From a virus: DNA of 64,000 nt. The stretch lies in IMG/VR virus record IMGVR_UViG_3300047198_000026, positions 38,593-102,592 of that record, one strand, 5' to 3'. Shown here one piece after another: positions 46,876 through 55,033 of the stretch. Position numbers and translations under genes: made by a program. The notes under the pieces are model-generated. The model did no database searches, had not been told where the DNA came from, and was given only the letters and a program-made list of their open reading frames with translations. Numbering within the stretch: the first letter of the stretch is position 1; each line of letters starts with the position of its first letter.

Positions 46876-47172
46876 TTACGGCTTGTCGGTGGCCTTAAGC
46901 ATTTCATCCATCACTTTGGCCACTGCGTCCTCTTCAACTGGCACCTTATCACGCGCCATCTTGGCCATATGACCAATAAAGGCAGTGAATAGGATGAAAG
47001 CAGGAATCAACTGTAAGAGGATAATAAATGCTCCTACACAGATGAATATCCACAAGGATACTCCTGCCTTGGATACATCAATACTTCTGGCAAACAGGAT
47101 GTCAACGCCCAGAAGTAGACCAATAACCACTCCCACAATCACGTCTACAAATCTCCTAAGTAACGGGCTCAT
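46876..47172 (-). CDS. Membrane protein
   Basis: Two long hydrophobic segments; GGAGG RBS. Confidence 0.55.
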   Translation of the reverse strand: MSPLLRRFVDVIVGVVIGLLLGVDILFARSIDVSKAGVSLWIFICVGAFIILLQLIPAFILFTAFIGHMAKMARDKVPVEEDAVAKVMDEMLKATDKP

Positions 47173-47378
47173 TTTGTCCCTCCTTTGATCTTTGCCATAG
47201 ATTTGCTACGGCTAGCTCTGTTTATCATACAGCCTATGTAGCCTCCTCTGTGAATGAAGAAGCACTTTATGTCATGTGCCTCACCACAGGCATTACACAT
47301 CCGCATCCTGGATTTTTTTGGTTGGATCGTATAGCAATTTGACCAGTCGGTATCCCAGTTAGTTTGTACTGTTTTCAT
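47169..47378 (-). CDS. Hypothetical protein
   Basis: GAGGAG RBS; CNAC motif. Confidence 0.45.
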   Translation of the reverse strand: MKTVQTNWDTDWSNCYTIQPKKSRMRMCNACGEAHDIKCFFIHRGGYIGCMINRASRSKSMAKIKGGTK

Positions 47379-47385
47379 TTTCTCC

Positions 47386-48393
47386 TCACACCTTAAAATA
47401 TGGCAGGGCCCACTTGGAGTCCTCTAAAACCTCTGGGTGTTCTGCCACTATAACCTCAATGTTATTCTCATAGAAGTTGTTGCCCTGGTAAGTCCACATC
47501 CCATTTTCAATCTGCTCTACAATTCCCAAGTCTTTCATCATAGGAACAAGGCCACTTTCTTTGCTAACCCCCTTACTCCAATACATATCCATCGTACATT
47601 CTCCAAACGGAGGAGTTAGACTGTTCTTAGTGCACTTGCAGGTTAGTGTCACCCCAATAGGTCTTTCCTTACCTTTCAGGGTAATCTTCTTTGGCTTTCC
47701 CATTTCCACCCTAACAGAAGCCTGAAAGAAAACCCCCTTGCCCCCTGTAGTGGTATAGGGCGTCTGGAAGGGATTGGGGTTAGCAATAATGTGGTTCGAA
47801 ACGAGGAAGATGGCTTCGGTATCCCTTATTCGCGTTCTTGCTGCTCGCATTAGGGCTTTAATCCTCTTGGCCCTTCTACCCATATCCTCTGTCTTGCCCA
47901 TTGTCTTCATCTCATCGAGAGTGGACAGGATGGCCAAGCTGTCAAGGCACATGAGGACCCTAGGTATGGGTTTCATCTCCAGAACTCCATCTAGAACCCT
48001 TCCCAGTGAGGTGGCAAACTCCTCAATAGTCTCAGGAACATTCCTTATAACTGAGGTGGGATCTACCCCATGCAGTTTGGCAAAGCCAGCATCCCATCGG
48101 CCCTCGGCATCAAACACAATCACCTGACCTCCCAGCGCCTGCATTGCAGCACAGGCCTTAAGAATCAGTAGTGTCTTGCCTGTACTTGGATCTCCAAACA
48201 GTTCTGAGATCATGCCTCCAGGCCAGCCTTTCTTTGGATCTCCAGACACAATATAGTTTAGGGCGTAATTACCTGTATCTAAAAACCAGGAAGGACCCAT
48301 CTCCCCCTCATTATTCGAGTCCAGATAACCCCGTAGTTGGTCTACCGTTTCCTGTAAGGATGGGGAATCCTTTACCTCTTTCTTTTTTACCAT
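47386..48393 (-). CDS. recA: RecA/UvsX-like recombinase
   Basis: LDTG..ALN, G.P.G...E.FGDPSTGKT, DAE, DSLA, GGKG..F.ASVR. Confidence 0.9.
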   Translation of the reverse strand: MVKKKEVKDSPSLQETVDQLRGYLDSNNEGEMGPSWFLDTGNYALNYIVSGDPKKGWPGGMISELFGDPSTGKTLLILKACAAMQALGGQVIVFDAEGRWDAGFAKLHGVDPTSVIRNVPETIEEFATSLGRVLDGVLEMKPIPRVLMCLDSLAILSTLDEMKTMGKTEDMGRRAKRIKALMRAARTRIRDTEAIFLVSNHIIANPNPFQTPYTTTGGKGVFFQASVRVEMGKPKKITLKGKERPIGVTLTCKCTKNSLTPPFGECTMDMYWSKGVSKESGLVPMMKDLGIVEQIENGMWTYQGNNFYENNIEVIVAEHPEVLEDSKWALPYFKV

Positions 48394-48661
48394 CAGCTTC
48401 CTCCTTCAATAGATATCCCCTATGAGCACAGGCAGTTAAAAAGATTCCTATATGACAAGTCTGTGAATACTCGTGCTCTAAAGGACATCCTCTGGGCCAG
48501 TGCTTTGTTTTTCTTGCCCTAGCTGGACAACTAATACAGGCGCATCCTGACTGTAAGTTATGGCATAAGTCATGAGGTTTTACCACCAAGGATCCCAAGA
48601 TGTCCTTCATTACTGTTAGACTGGGTACCGGTATCGCCTCTTTTTTCTTGAATGGACACAT
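48311..48661 (-). CDS. Cys/His-rich hypothetical protein
   Basis: GGAGG RBS; multiple Cys residues. Confidence 0.45.
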   Translation of the reverse strand: MCPFKKKEAIPVPSLTVMKDILGSLVVKPHDLCHNLQSGCACISCPARARKTKHWPRGCPLEHEYSQTCHIGIFLTACAHRGYLLKEEADGKKERGKGFPILTGNGRPTTGLSGLE

Positions 48662-49011
48662 GCGTATTTTCTAGCCTCCTCTGGCATAAATTCTAATAGA
48701 TGTTGAAGAGCGAGTGGTCTATGCTCTTTTAGCCATATAAATACTCGTAATGGATTTTGATGTGCAGATCTACCAATATAAAATTTATGATGCCCTGCAC
48801 ATAAGGCAATCCCATTATCAATGTCATATCGTAAGGGTTCAAACCTTTTGTCTATGACGTGGTGTGCCTGTACGTACTTTGTTGCCGGGCACCATTCGCA
48901 CTTCCCGTCTGCACGTGCTCGCACGTCTTTTGACCATGCAGCCAACCTCTTTCTTCTTTCCGTTTTTTCCGGATTTCTTTTTCTCATATGTGTACCGTGC
49001 CTCATTAACAA
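48616..49011 (-). CDS. NinG/HNH-like nuclease
   Basis: WSKDVRAR..KCEWC...AHHVI...LRYDIDNGIALCAGHH. Confidence 0.7.
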   Translation of the reverse strand: MLMRHGTHMRKRNPEKTERRKRLAAWSKDVRARADGKCEWCPATKYVQAHHVIDKRFEPLRYDIDNGIALCAGHHKFYIGRSAHQNPLRVFIWLKEHRPLALQHLLEFMPEEARKYACVHSRKKRRYRYPV

Positions 49012-49366
49012 ATTCCTGGAAGATGTCAGGATTTGACATCATCACCTGAAATAGTCCTGCCTCTAATGTTTGTATCTTTTGATGAGGAAGTCTTAGGTCG
49101 TACCGCTTGTTGATGGACTCCAAAAATTCGTGCAACAAGGTCGTCAATAAGTCCCTCGGTTTCAGGGAGTATTCTAGTTGGATCTCGTTTTGGTAATGCC
49201 AGATGGCCCCTAAACTTGACTCTCTTCCCAGTAACTCTGGGTCGAAGTGTAGCGTGTGGGGTACTGACACCAAGTCCACTATCTTCCCCTCCCACTTTTC
49301 CCGTAAGTCCTTGGTAGGCTTCACATGTCCTCCTTTTCTTTCCACATTTTTCTTTCTCACAGACAC
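48839..49366 (-). CDS. Degenerate HExxH-type phage protein (related to 41944..42330)
   Basis: NEIQLEYSL...TTLLHEFLESI...LEAGLFQV; start probably the internal GTG (VKPTK) behind AGGAGG. Confidence 0.5.
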   Translation of the reverse strand: MSVRKKNVERKGGHVKPTKDLREKWEGKIVDLVSVPHTLHFDPELLGRESSLGAIWHYQNEIQLEYSLKPRDLLTTLLHEFLESINKRYDLRLPHQKIQTLEAGLFQVMMSNPDIFQEFVNEARYTYEKKKSGKNGKKKEVGCMVKRRASTCRREVRMVPGNKVRTGTPRHRQKV

Positions 49367-49413
49367 TGGTATGCATTCTTTGTTGTCGCTTCTTACACCA
49401 GATGTAGCTCATG

Positions 49414-50088
49414 TTAAATACTCGTATTTGAATGCCGTTTGAACTTGTAGACCTTTAGGTAGAGAGCTTTTAGGTCTTTAACATCCTTCTCACAATGGTC
49501 CATGATATAGGATAGGGCGGTTTTATCTCCTTGGATGGCCCGAATCCAGTATGTGGCAAACCAGTTAGTCTTCATTGAAGCTCCCACAAGAAACCTTGAG
49601 GCATTAACCAAGCGATTGCTACTTAAGGCAAACTTATATTTGATGATGGGCCAAACGTCCTCCATAGCACATTCCCCATATCCTGGAAAGTCTAGATCCT
49701 GTGAGACAGCTCGACTTCTTAAAAATGGGATATCAAACTTTCCATCTGACGAATAGAATCCGATCAGCCTGTCATATTCCCTGACATCCCGACAGAAATC
49801 TTTCATCACCCCATAGTCAGGTTGGTGCTTCTTATCATAGAGCTCCCCTTTCGAAACTATCCTAGAGGTGATCTTCTCTGTATTCAAATCAAGAAGTGCA
49901 TAGCATATCACCACCCCAAAGTCAGCTTTCAAGTTGGACGCCTCTATATCTACGATAGCCGTGCGTTCCATACTTGGGTTTTCTCGTACATAACAATTTG
50001 GGTGTTGGAGATACTGTATCCCATGAGCATGGCAGCGATGGGCTGACATCCACACTATTTCTACCTTCTTTAAGCGCGCAATGTTCAT
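49414..50088 (-). CDS. RNase H-like 3'-5' exonuclease (DnaQ/YprB type)
   Basis: DIEAS, FDIPFLRSR, HCEKDV. Confidence 0.8.
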   Translation of the reverse strand: MNIARLKKVEIVWMSAHRCHAHGIQYLQHPNCYVRENPSMERTAIVDIEASNLKADFGVVICYALLDLNTEKITSRIVSKGELYDKKHQPDYGVMKDFCRDVREYDRLIGFYSSDGKFDIPFLRSRAVSQDLDFPGYGECAMEDVWPIIKYKFALSSNRLVNASRFLVGASMKTNWFATYWIRAIQGDKTALSYIMDHCEKDVKDLKALYLKVYKFKRHSNTSI

Positions 50089-50270
50089 TAGATTAACTCC
50101 TCTATAAACGTGACCTTTTTGGTTTTGATTTCCTTAAGTTCATAGATGCCAACCTTCTTGTCACTCTCAATGTTTTCCATCCTCTCATTGGCTAACAAGA
50201 ACCTCTCGTCTTTCTCCCCTTCCCAGTTGACATAAATTGTCTTTGGAAATTCCTTTTTAGATATGCTCAT
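50088..50270 (-). CDS. Hypothetical protein (starts MSISKK)
   Basis: AAAGGAGG RBS before the ATG at 50270. Confidence 0.5.
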   Translation of the reverse strand: MSISKKEFPKTIYVNWEGEKDERFLLANERMENIESDKKVGIYELKEIKTKKVTFIEELI

Positions 50271-50381
50271 AACTCTTCCTCCTTTCATTCTCATATTGTG
50301 ATTGCTTTTCTCTCGTCCATCCACTACTAAAATGTGTCACAGACCATCAACCTCCATTTATATTTTCCCCTTACCCACTCC

Positions 50382-50609
50382 TCAGCTTTCGCCTACATCC
50401 TTTGGTTTAAAACTTCCACAACACCCATCATTCTCTTCCATATAACCAAAATGGTACCTAACCCGATCCCACTCCTGAAAGTGCTCAACAGTTCCCGTCC
50501 GGAGCGTTGTATGCAGTTTAGCTCCACACATAGGGAGAGTATGATAAATTCCAACAAAGTGCCTACATTCCTTACAAGATGTTACGGTCTCATTCTTACT
50601 TATTTCCAT
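50382..50609 (-). CDS. Small Cys-rich protein with MEISKN tag
   Basis: TAATG overlap with the SSB gene; CKECRHF...C...CC..F. Confidence 0.6.
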   Translation of the reverse strand: MEISKNETVTSCKECRHFVGIYHTLPMCGAKLHTTLRTGTVEHFQEWDRVRYHFGYMEENDGCCGSFKPKDVGES

Positions 50610-51682
50610 TACCTCATTACCCTCTTGGCTGCCTCTCTTCTTGCCTGCATAGCCTTCTTCTCTGCATAAGCGGCTTTACAGGAGTCTAACCACCCGTCAT
50701 CCTTACAGATTACCGTACAGTCGGGGTCATTATCCTCATACTCACCGAAACAAACCGGGGGTTCCTCTGTGGGGGAAGTCCCGATCGTTGATTCTGGGGC
50801 GACTGGTGCCCTAGCAGGGGCATCCTTGGGGGTATTCCAGGCTGCAAATGGGTCTACAGGTGGAGGGGGAGCTGTGACTAATGGTGGTGACACCACTGTT
50901 CCCCACCCATCAGGTGTTGATTTAATCTCATAGGGGGGTGTTGGAGATCCGGGAATCTTCCAGTTAGTCTGTCTGAGTTCTCTCAAGGGATCATATTCAC
51001 CCCTCTGCACTGCCTCAAAATCCTCCTGAGGAATATTGTAGTGGTATCCTACCTTCTCAAAGAACTTTGATGTTTGAGGACCCAACCAGCTAGGAAGGAA
51101 TCTGACTTCTGTCCTCTGGGTAGCCAGTTTGGACTGGTAGAATGTCTTAATCTTTCCAGCCTCCATATTAGCCACTACATTGGTCAGATTGTACCTAGGA
51201 TCATTAATAAGGTGATGTAGTACCTGAGGATCTGGTATTGGAGACATCTGTGCTCTTGCTTCCACATGGTAGGTCGGCCTGGATGACGTCGATCCGGCAA
51301 TCTTTGTGATAAACAGATTCTTACCAAATTGTGGATGCATGAAGTTCTTCCATTCTGACAAGGCGTCCATCTGACCGGCGATCAACTGATCGAAGATAGA
51401 CTTACCATACTCAAATACCACTATCTCACTGGGGTTAGTCATAAAGATGATGTTCGAATAGAACTTCAGACTCTCATTAAGAGAGCTGGCCTTGGCCCTA
51501 ATAGGGGTATCCTTTGTGGATTTGTCGAACAGAATCTCCTTACATAGGGAGCACAACCGGCAAGGCTGTTTGTGGTAAGCTGGGCAGACTATGCCCTTAA
51601 AATCCTCCTTGATTCCTTGGCTCCTGTTGTAGAGCCTCTTCATCTCGTCCTCATACAAATCTCTATTGTGGTTATTTTCCAT
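50609..51682 (-). CDS. Single-stranded DNA-binding protein (gp32-like)
   Basis: CP...PCRLC Zn motif, FEYGKSIFDQL, F.HP..G, Pro-rich linker; adjacent to a UvsY-like gene. Confidence 0.6.
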   Translation of the reverse strand: MENNHNRDLYEDEMKRLYNRSQGIKEDFKGIVCPAYHKQPCRLCSLCKEILFDKSTKDTPIRAKASSLNESLKFYSNIIFMTNPSEIVVFEYGKSIFDQLIAGQMDALSEWKNFMHPQFGKNLFITKIAGSTSSRPTYHVEARAQMSPIPDPQVLHHLINDPRYNLTNVVANMEAGKIKTFYQSKLATQRTEVRFLPSWLGPQTSKFFEKVGYHYNIPQEDFEAVQRGEYDPLRELRQTNWKIPGSPTPPYEIKSTPDGWGTVVSPPLVTAPPPPVDPFAAWNTPKDAPARAPVAPESTIGTSPTEEPPVCFGEYEDNDPDCTVICKDDGWLDSCKAAYAEKKAMQARREAAKRVMR

Positions 51683-52190
51683 TTTCTTCTCCTTTGCTCT
51701 TTGACCTTTTGCCTCTTGGAATTTGACCTTGAGTTGCTTCGAACTCGCGGGTCATGTTTTCAAACACGTTGCCATAATACTTCTCTTCACCTCTAGTCTT
51801 ATGGAGTTCAATGAGAGCTTGGTGTCTCTGGCGAAAGCCATCCTTGGCCAACTCTAACATTGTCTCCATGTATTCCAATTCAATGAGTCTTCGTTTGGCC
51901 TCTACCCAGCTGGGTTCTTCTGACAAATAGTCATCTAAAACCCTTTCTGTAAGGCGGAGCTTGGGGTCCTCGGTTAGCATCTTTGACCTATAGGATTTGC
52001 ATAGGGAGGCCTCGAGGGCTCTAACCCTTAATTTTTCCTTCCTAACCTTTTTGGAAGCCCTTGCCCATAATGACCCATAGAAGTGGAACTTACTTGGTTG
52101 CCGGGCGATCTCGGCCTCGAGACGGGTCTCGTCGATCTCTAGTTCCTGACCCACTTTCGTCTCTAGGGGTTTTGTTTCTTCGTCTGGCAT
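51672..52190 (-). CDS. UvsY-like recombination mediator
   Basis: LEIDE..L..E..RQP....YG..., LTE..., F.QR...L helical pattern. Confidence 0.55.
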   Translation of the reverse strand: MPDEETKPLETKVGQELEIDETRLEAEIARQPSKFHFYGSLWARASKKVRKEKLRVRALEASLCKSYRSKMLTEDPKLRLTERVLDDYLSEEPSWVEAKRRLIELEYMETMLELAKDGFRQRHQALIELHKTRGEEKYYGNVFENMTREFEATQGQIPRGKRSKSKGEENGK

Positions 52191-52308
52191 CTTTTCCTCC
52201 TTTCTTAACTTTCTCCTTTGGAATGAAGTATGCGATACATTGCGTCCTTTCGGGATACCTCACACACATTGGATTACACGTGAAACCACAAGCACATCGT
52301 TCTTTCAT
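52090..52308 (-). CDS. Small Cys-rich hypothetical protein
   Basis: GAGGG RBS; CAC..C..C...C. Confidence 0.4.
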   Translation of the reverse strand: MKERCACGFTCNPMCVRYPERTQCIAYFIPKEKVKKGGKDARRRNKTPRDESGSGTRDRRDPSRGRDRPATK

Positions 52309-52362
52309 TTATCCCTCTCTATCTTATAGTACTTTCGTCCCTGTAAATTGCCATTCTGACGG

Positions 52363-52824
52363 CTACCTCTTTGTGGAGTAGAACTCTCTAATAATCTCAA
52401 CAGCCTCATCCAATGTGTCAGCCCATGCGTGAACACACCCCGTAATCATTGGGTGTCGGATATAGTATCCAGGACCTCTAATTGCTATCACAGTCTTGTG
52501 CTGCACATAGGCCCAAGCGATCTCCATTACTGTCCCAATTATTGGACGGTCTGTTGGTTCAATGGAGAAATTTACCAATACTATGTCCGCCTTCACCACA
52601 GCCTGAAAAGATTTAGGAAGGAGAATTTCAGACTGATGTTGGTCAACCAGAGCATGAATCTTTCCAGCATCCCCATCGGCCTCTTTTAAGCTTTCCCTAT
52701 CAAATTTGCTGGCACAGGGATCATCAATCTCAAACTTCTCTCCCAACTTCTTACTCACCTCTCGTCTCCACTGGTGGGTCCTGGGATCCTCAGTAATTGG
52801 GCCTGCTAAATACACCCTTTTCAT
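52363..52824 (-). CDS. Nucleoside 2-deoxyribosyltransferase / dNMP N-hydrolase family
   Basis: VYLAGPI, ADIVLVN, GTVMEIAWA...K.VI. Confidence 0.8.
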   Translation of the reverse strand: MKRVYLAGPITEDPRTHQWRREVSKKLGEKFEIDDPCASKFDRESLKEADGDAGKIHALVDQHQSEILLPKSFQAVVKADIVLVNFSIEPTDRPIIGTVMEIAWAYVQHKTVIAIRGPGYYIRHPMITGCVHAWADTLDEAVEIIREFYSTKR

Positions 52825-53165
52825 TTTTTCCTCCCCATATCCACGTACTGGCGTCTTTTCTCTTTCCAGATTGTGTTACCCTGCTTATCGTGGGTTCTCA
52901 CATAGTTCTTCAGTTCTGTCCTTGGTAAGTCCTTAAGACCCGTCTCACTTCCTGCCATTGGCTTGGCCTCGGTCAATGGGGGAGTGGGATCTGGCAGACT
53001 ATGCTTAATGGCATCCACGTTCATTGTCACATGGGGAGTGCCAATTAGCCTGTAGATGTTGGTAGATCCACAGAACTTACACTCTGTAGCCTTATGGCTC
53101 TTCCATACCTCAATGCTCTCAAACACCTGCCCACATTCCAAGCATTCGTATTCGTATATCGGCAT
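52821..53165 (-). CDS. FmdB-family zinc-ribbon protein
   Basis: MPIYEYECLECG..FE...C..CGS. Confidence 0.85.
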   Translation of the reverse strand: MPIYEYECLECGQVFESIEVWKSHKATECKFCGSTNIYRLIGTPHVTMNVDAIKHSLPDPTPPLTEAKPMAGSETGLKDLPRTELKNYVRTHDKQGNTIWKEKRRQYVDMGRKK

Positions 53166-53177
53166 AATATCACCTCC

Positions 53178-53483
53178 TTAAATGTCTCCGTTTTGTTCCC
53201 TTTTCTCTTCCTCATAGGGTATAACATAAAGCTGGAAAAATACCTGCCATGCCAAATGGTAAGCAACATCCCAATCGTTATGTGTATATGGCTTAACAAA
53301 CCTCAGCATCTCTTTATAAATCTCGTGGGCTGTAGTCCATCTGGGATTGGCCTTCCACTGGTCAACCATCTTCTTATAATAGTAGTAACACTTGTCCCCT
53401 GGCTCCCACTCTCTGTCTTCCGTCCCAAACTTCTTAAGCCTTTTATCCACCATCTCTCGTCTTTCTGGTTTTATAAATGGCAT
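53178..53483 (-). CDS. Conserved phage hypothetical protein
   Basis: MPFIK...R...PGD..Y...PYEEEKR..NGDI pattern. Confidence 0.65.
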   Translation of the reverse strand: MPFIKPERREMVDKRLKKFGTEDREWEPGDKCYYYYKKMVDQWKANPRWTTAHEIYKEMLRFVKPYTHNDWDVAYHLAWQVFFQLYVIPYEEEKREQNGDI

Positions 53484-53484
53484 A

Positions 53485-53757
53485 TTAATCTCCCCACTTT
53501 TTACTTGACTTTCTACTTGGTCCGAAATGTTTCACATCCCACTCCCACATGTCTGTAATTGCTTCCTCAAACTCCCAATCAGCCTGGAGAACGCACTGTA
53601 TTAGGAACACCGGTCCCAAAAACATGACTGCTGCTAATTCTATAATAAGTAGAATTGGAAGGATTAAGAACACGATCCCCAATACCCACCTAAGGATGCT
53701 CTTCTTCCAGTCATACTCCCTCCACCATTTAGGTTCTTGATTTTCACTTATCTGCAT
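53485..53757 (-). CDS. Membrane protein with MQISEN tag
   Basis: ATG at 53757 behind GAGGAG; long hydrophobic helix. Confidence 0.55.
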   Translation of the reverse strand: MQISENQEPKWWREYDWKKSILRWVLGIVFLILPILLIIELAAVMFLGPVFLIQCVLQADWEFEEAITDMWEWDVKHFGPSRKSSKKWGD

Positions 53758-54094
53758 CTTTCTTCTCCTCATGTAAGTCATCCCACTCATCTCCCATTCC
53801 CCTAAGTTCATAAGTTAAGAGGAAGGTTAAACAACAGTAGGCATGGGCCAAATGGGGAAGTCCCCATTCTTCATCTATCTCTTCTCCCATCATCCAAGCC
53901 AGAAGATGCCTGCGTAGAGCAGCATACACTCTACTATATTTAATCCCCTTCTCCCAGTTTCGATCATCATACTTTTTTGCTCCATGCGTGAGAACCTCGG
54001 CCAGAGCCTCTTCTACTTCCGGAGGAATCAAATCCATCCTGAGCTTTCCTGAATCGTTCTTCTTTCCAAATTTATCTTCTTGTCCTGCTACCAT
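53744..54094 (-). CDS. dATP/dGTP diphosphohydrolase-domain protein
   Basis: KNDSGKLRMDLIP...GAKKY..RNW.KG...RHL..W..GE.D.E.GL.HLAHA. Confidence 0.8.
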   Translation of the reverse strand: MVAGQEDKFGKKNDSGKLRMDLIPPEVEEALAEVLTHGAKKYDDRNWEKGIKYSRVYAALRRHLLAWMMGEEIDEEWGLPHLAHAYCCLTFLLTYELRGMGDEWDDLHEEKKDADK

Positions 54095-54105
54095 ATCCTC
54101 CTCCT

Positions 54106-54330
54106 TTATTCTTTTTTCTCCCTTAAATCTTCCACTACTATCGCTTTTGCTCCCTCTTTCCTCTCATAGGTTATATGCCACTCATCGGTGCGGAGTTCTC
54201 GTATGGAAAATGAGACCATGCTCTCAACTAACCTACCTATTTCATGATTCTCCCCAATGACAATCCTCTTGTAGCTTTCCCAGTCATTACGGTCCTTAAA
54301 GACCCTAATCTTATTCGTAGACTTTTCCAT
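54106..54330 (-). CDS. Hypothetical protein (starts MEKSTN)
   Basis: GGAGG RBS; overlaps the upstream stop. Confidence 0.5.
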   Translation of the reverse strand: MEKSTNKIRVFKDRNDWESYKRIVIGENHEIGRLVESMVSFSIRELRTDEWHITYERKEGAKAIVVEDLREKKE

Positions 54331-54598
54331 CCAAACTTTCCTCCTTCCTATATGACGATTCCCGTGAATACCCCAATCTCCTTAAATACTTCCTCATAGC
54401 GTCCTTCTCAACTGCATATCGGTAGGCAGGATTCTCTATTTCCTTTCTAGACTTAGACATCTCATAGACCTTAATCACCGCTTCCTGGATAAGATCCTCT
54501 CTATGTGACGCAGCTGCTGCATTCTTTCTATAGAGACTTTTGTAGGTTGACCTACATTCTTTGTAAAGACTATCAAGGTCTGTAAGCATTTCGAACAC
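54311..54598 (-). CDS. Sigma-70 region 2-like small protein
   Basis: REDLIQEAVIKVYE...AYRY...MRKYLR. Confidence 0.45.
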   Translation of the reverse strand: MFEMLTDLDSLYKECRSTYKSLYRKNAAAASHREDLIQEAVIKVYEMSKSRKEIENPAYRYAVEKDAMRKYLRRLGYSRESSYRKEESLDGKVYE

Positions 54599-54687
54599 TC
54601 CTCACACTTAAACATAACCCCCCTGCTCTTCTTCCACTTTAGTAATTCAGGGAATTCACATTGTCTTAGGTTAGGACTTAATTCCAT
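54475..54687 (-). CDS. Small Cys-containing protein with MELSPN tag
   Basis: GAGG RBS; CEEC..C. Confidence 0.5.
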   Translation of the reverse strand: MELSPNLRQCEFPELLKWKKSRGVMFKCEECSKCLQTLIVFTKNVGQPTKVSIERMQQLRHIERILSRKR

Positions 54688-54847
54688 TTGTTTCCTCTAC
54701 TCCCCATCCTCGCCTTTTCCTCTCTCCTAACTCACACCCACCTTCTTTCCTATATATGCAGTCCTTACAACTCACTCCGAAGAAGTCAGGGAAAGAACCC
54801 CTTGGATTTTGGACTATACAGAAAACATCATTAGGGCTTAATTCCAT
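54671..54847 (-). CDS. 58-aa Cys-containing protein with MELSPN tag (not in ORF track)
   Basis: Translated by hand: MELSPNDVFCIVQNPRGSFPDFFGVSCKDCIYRKEGGCELG...NGIKS*; GAGGTG RBS. Confidence 0.6.
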   Translation of the reverse strand: MELSPNDVFCIVQNPRGSFPDFFGVSCKDCIYRKEGGCELGERKRRGWGVEETNGIKS

Positions 54848-55033
54848 TTAGTACACCTCATTGAATCTTCTACATTCCTTATGTATATAATACTTTCGTG
54901 GGGTGAGGGTTAAAAAACCACCATGCTTTATTATCCAGTCCGTACTCACTGGAACTTTGAACGATGGATCCTCGTCATCCCTCCACGAATTGTCATGGAC
55001 TAAGAAGTATCTTGTGTTAGGACTTATTTCCAT
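54848..55033 (-). CDS. Small protein with MEISPN tag
   Basis: Start overlaps the end of the polymerase gene. Confidence 0.55.
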   Translation of the reverse strand: MEISPNTRYFLVHDNSWRDDEDPSFKVPVSTDWIIKHGGFLTLTPRKYYIHKECRRFNEVY

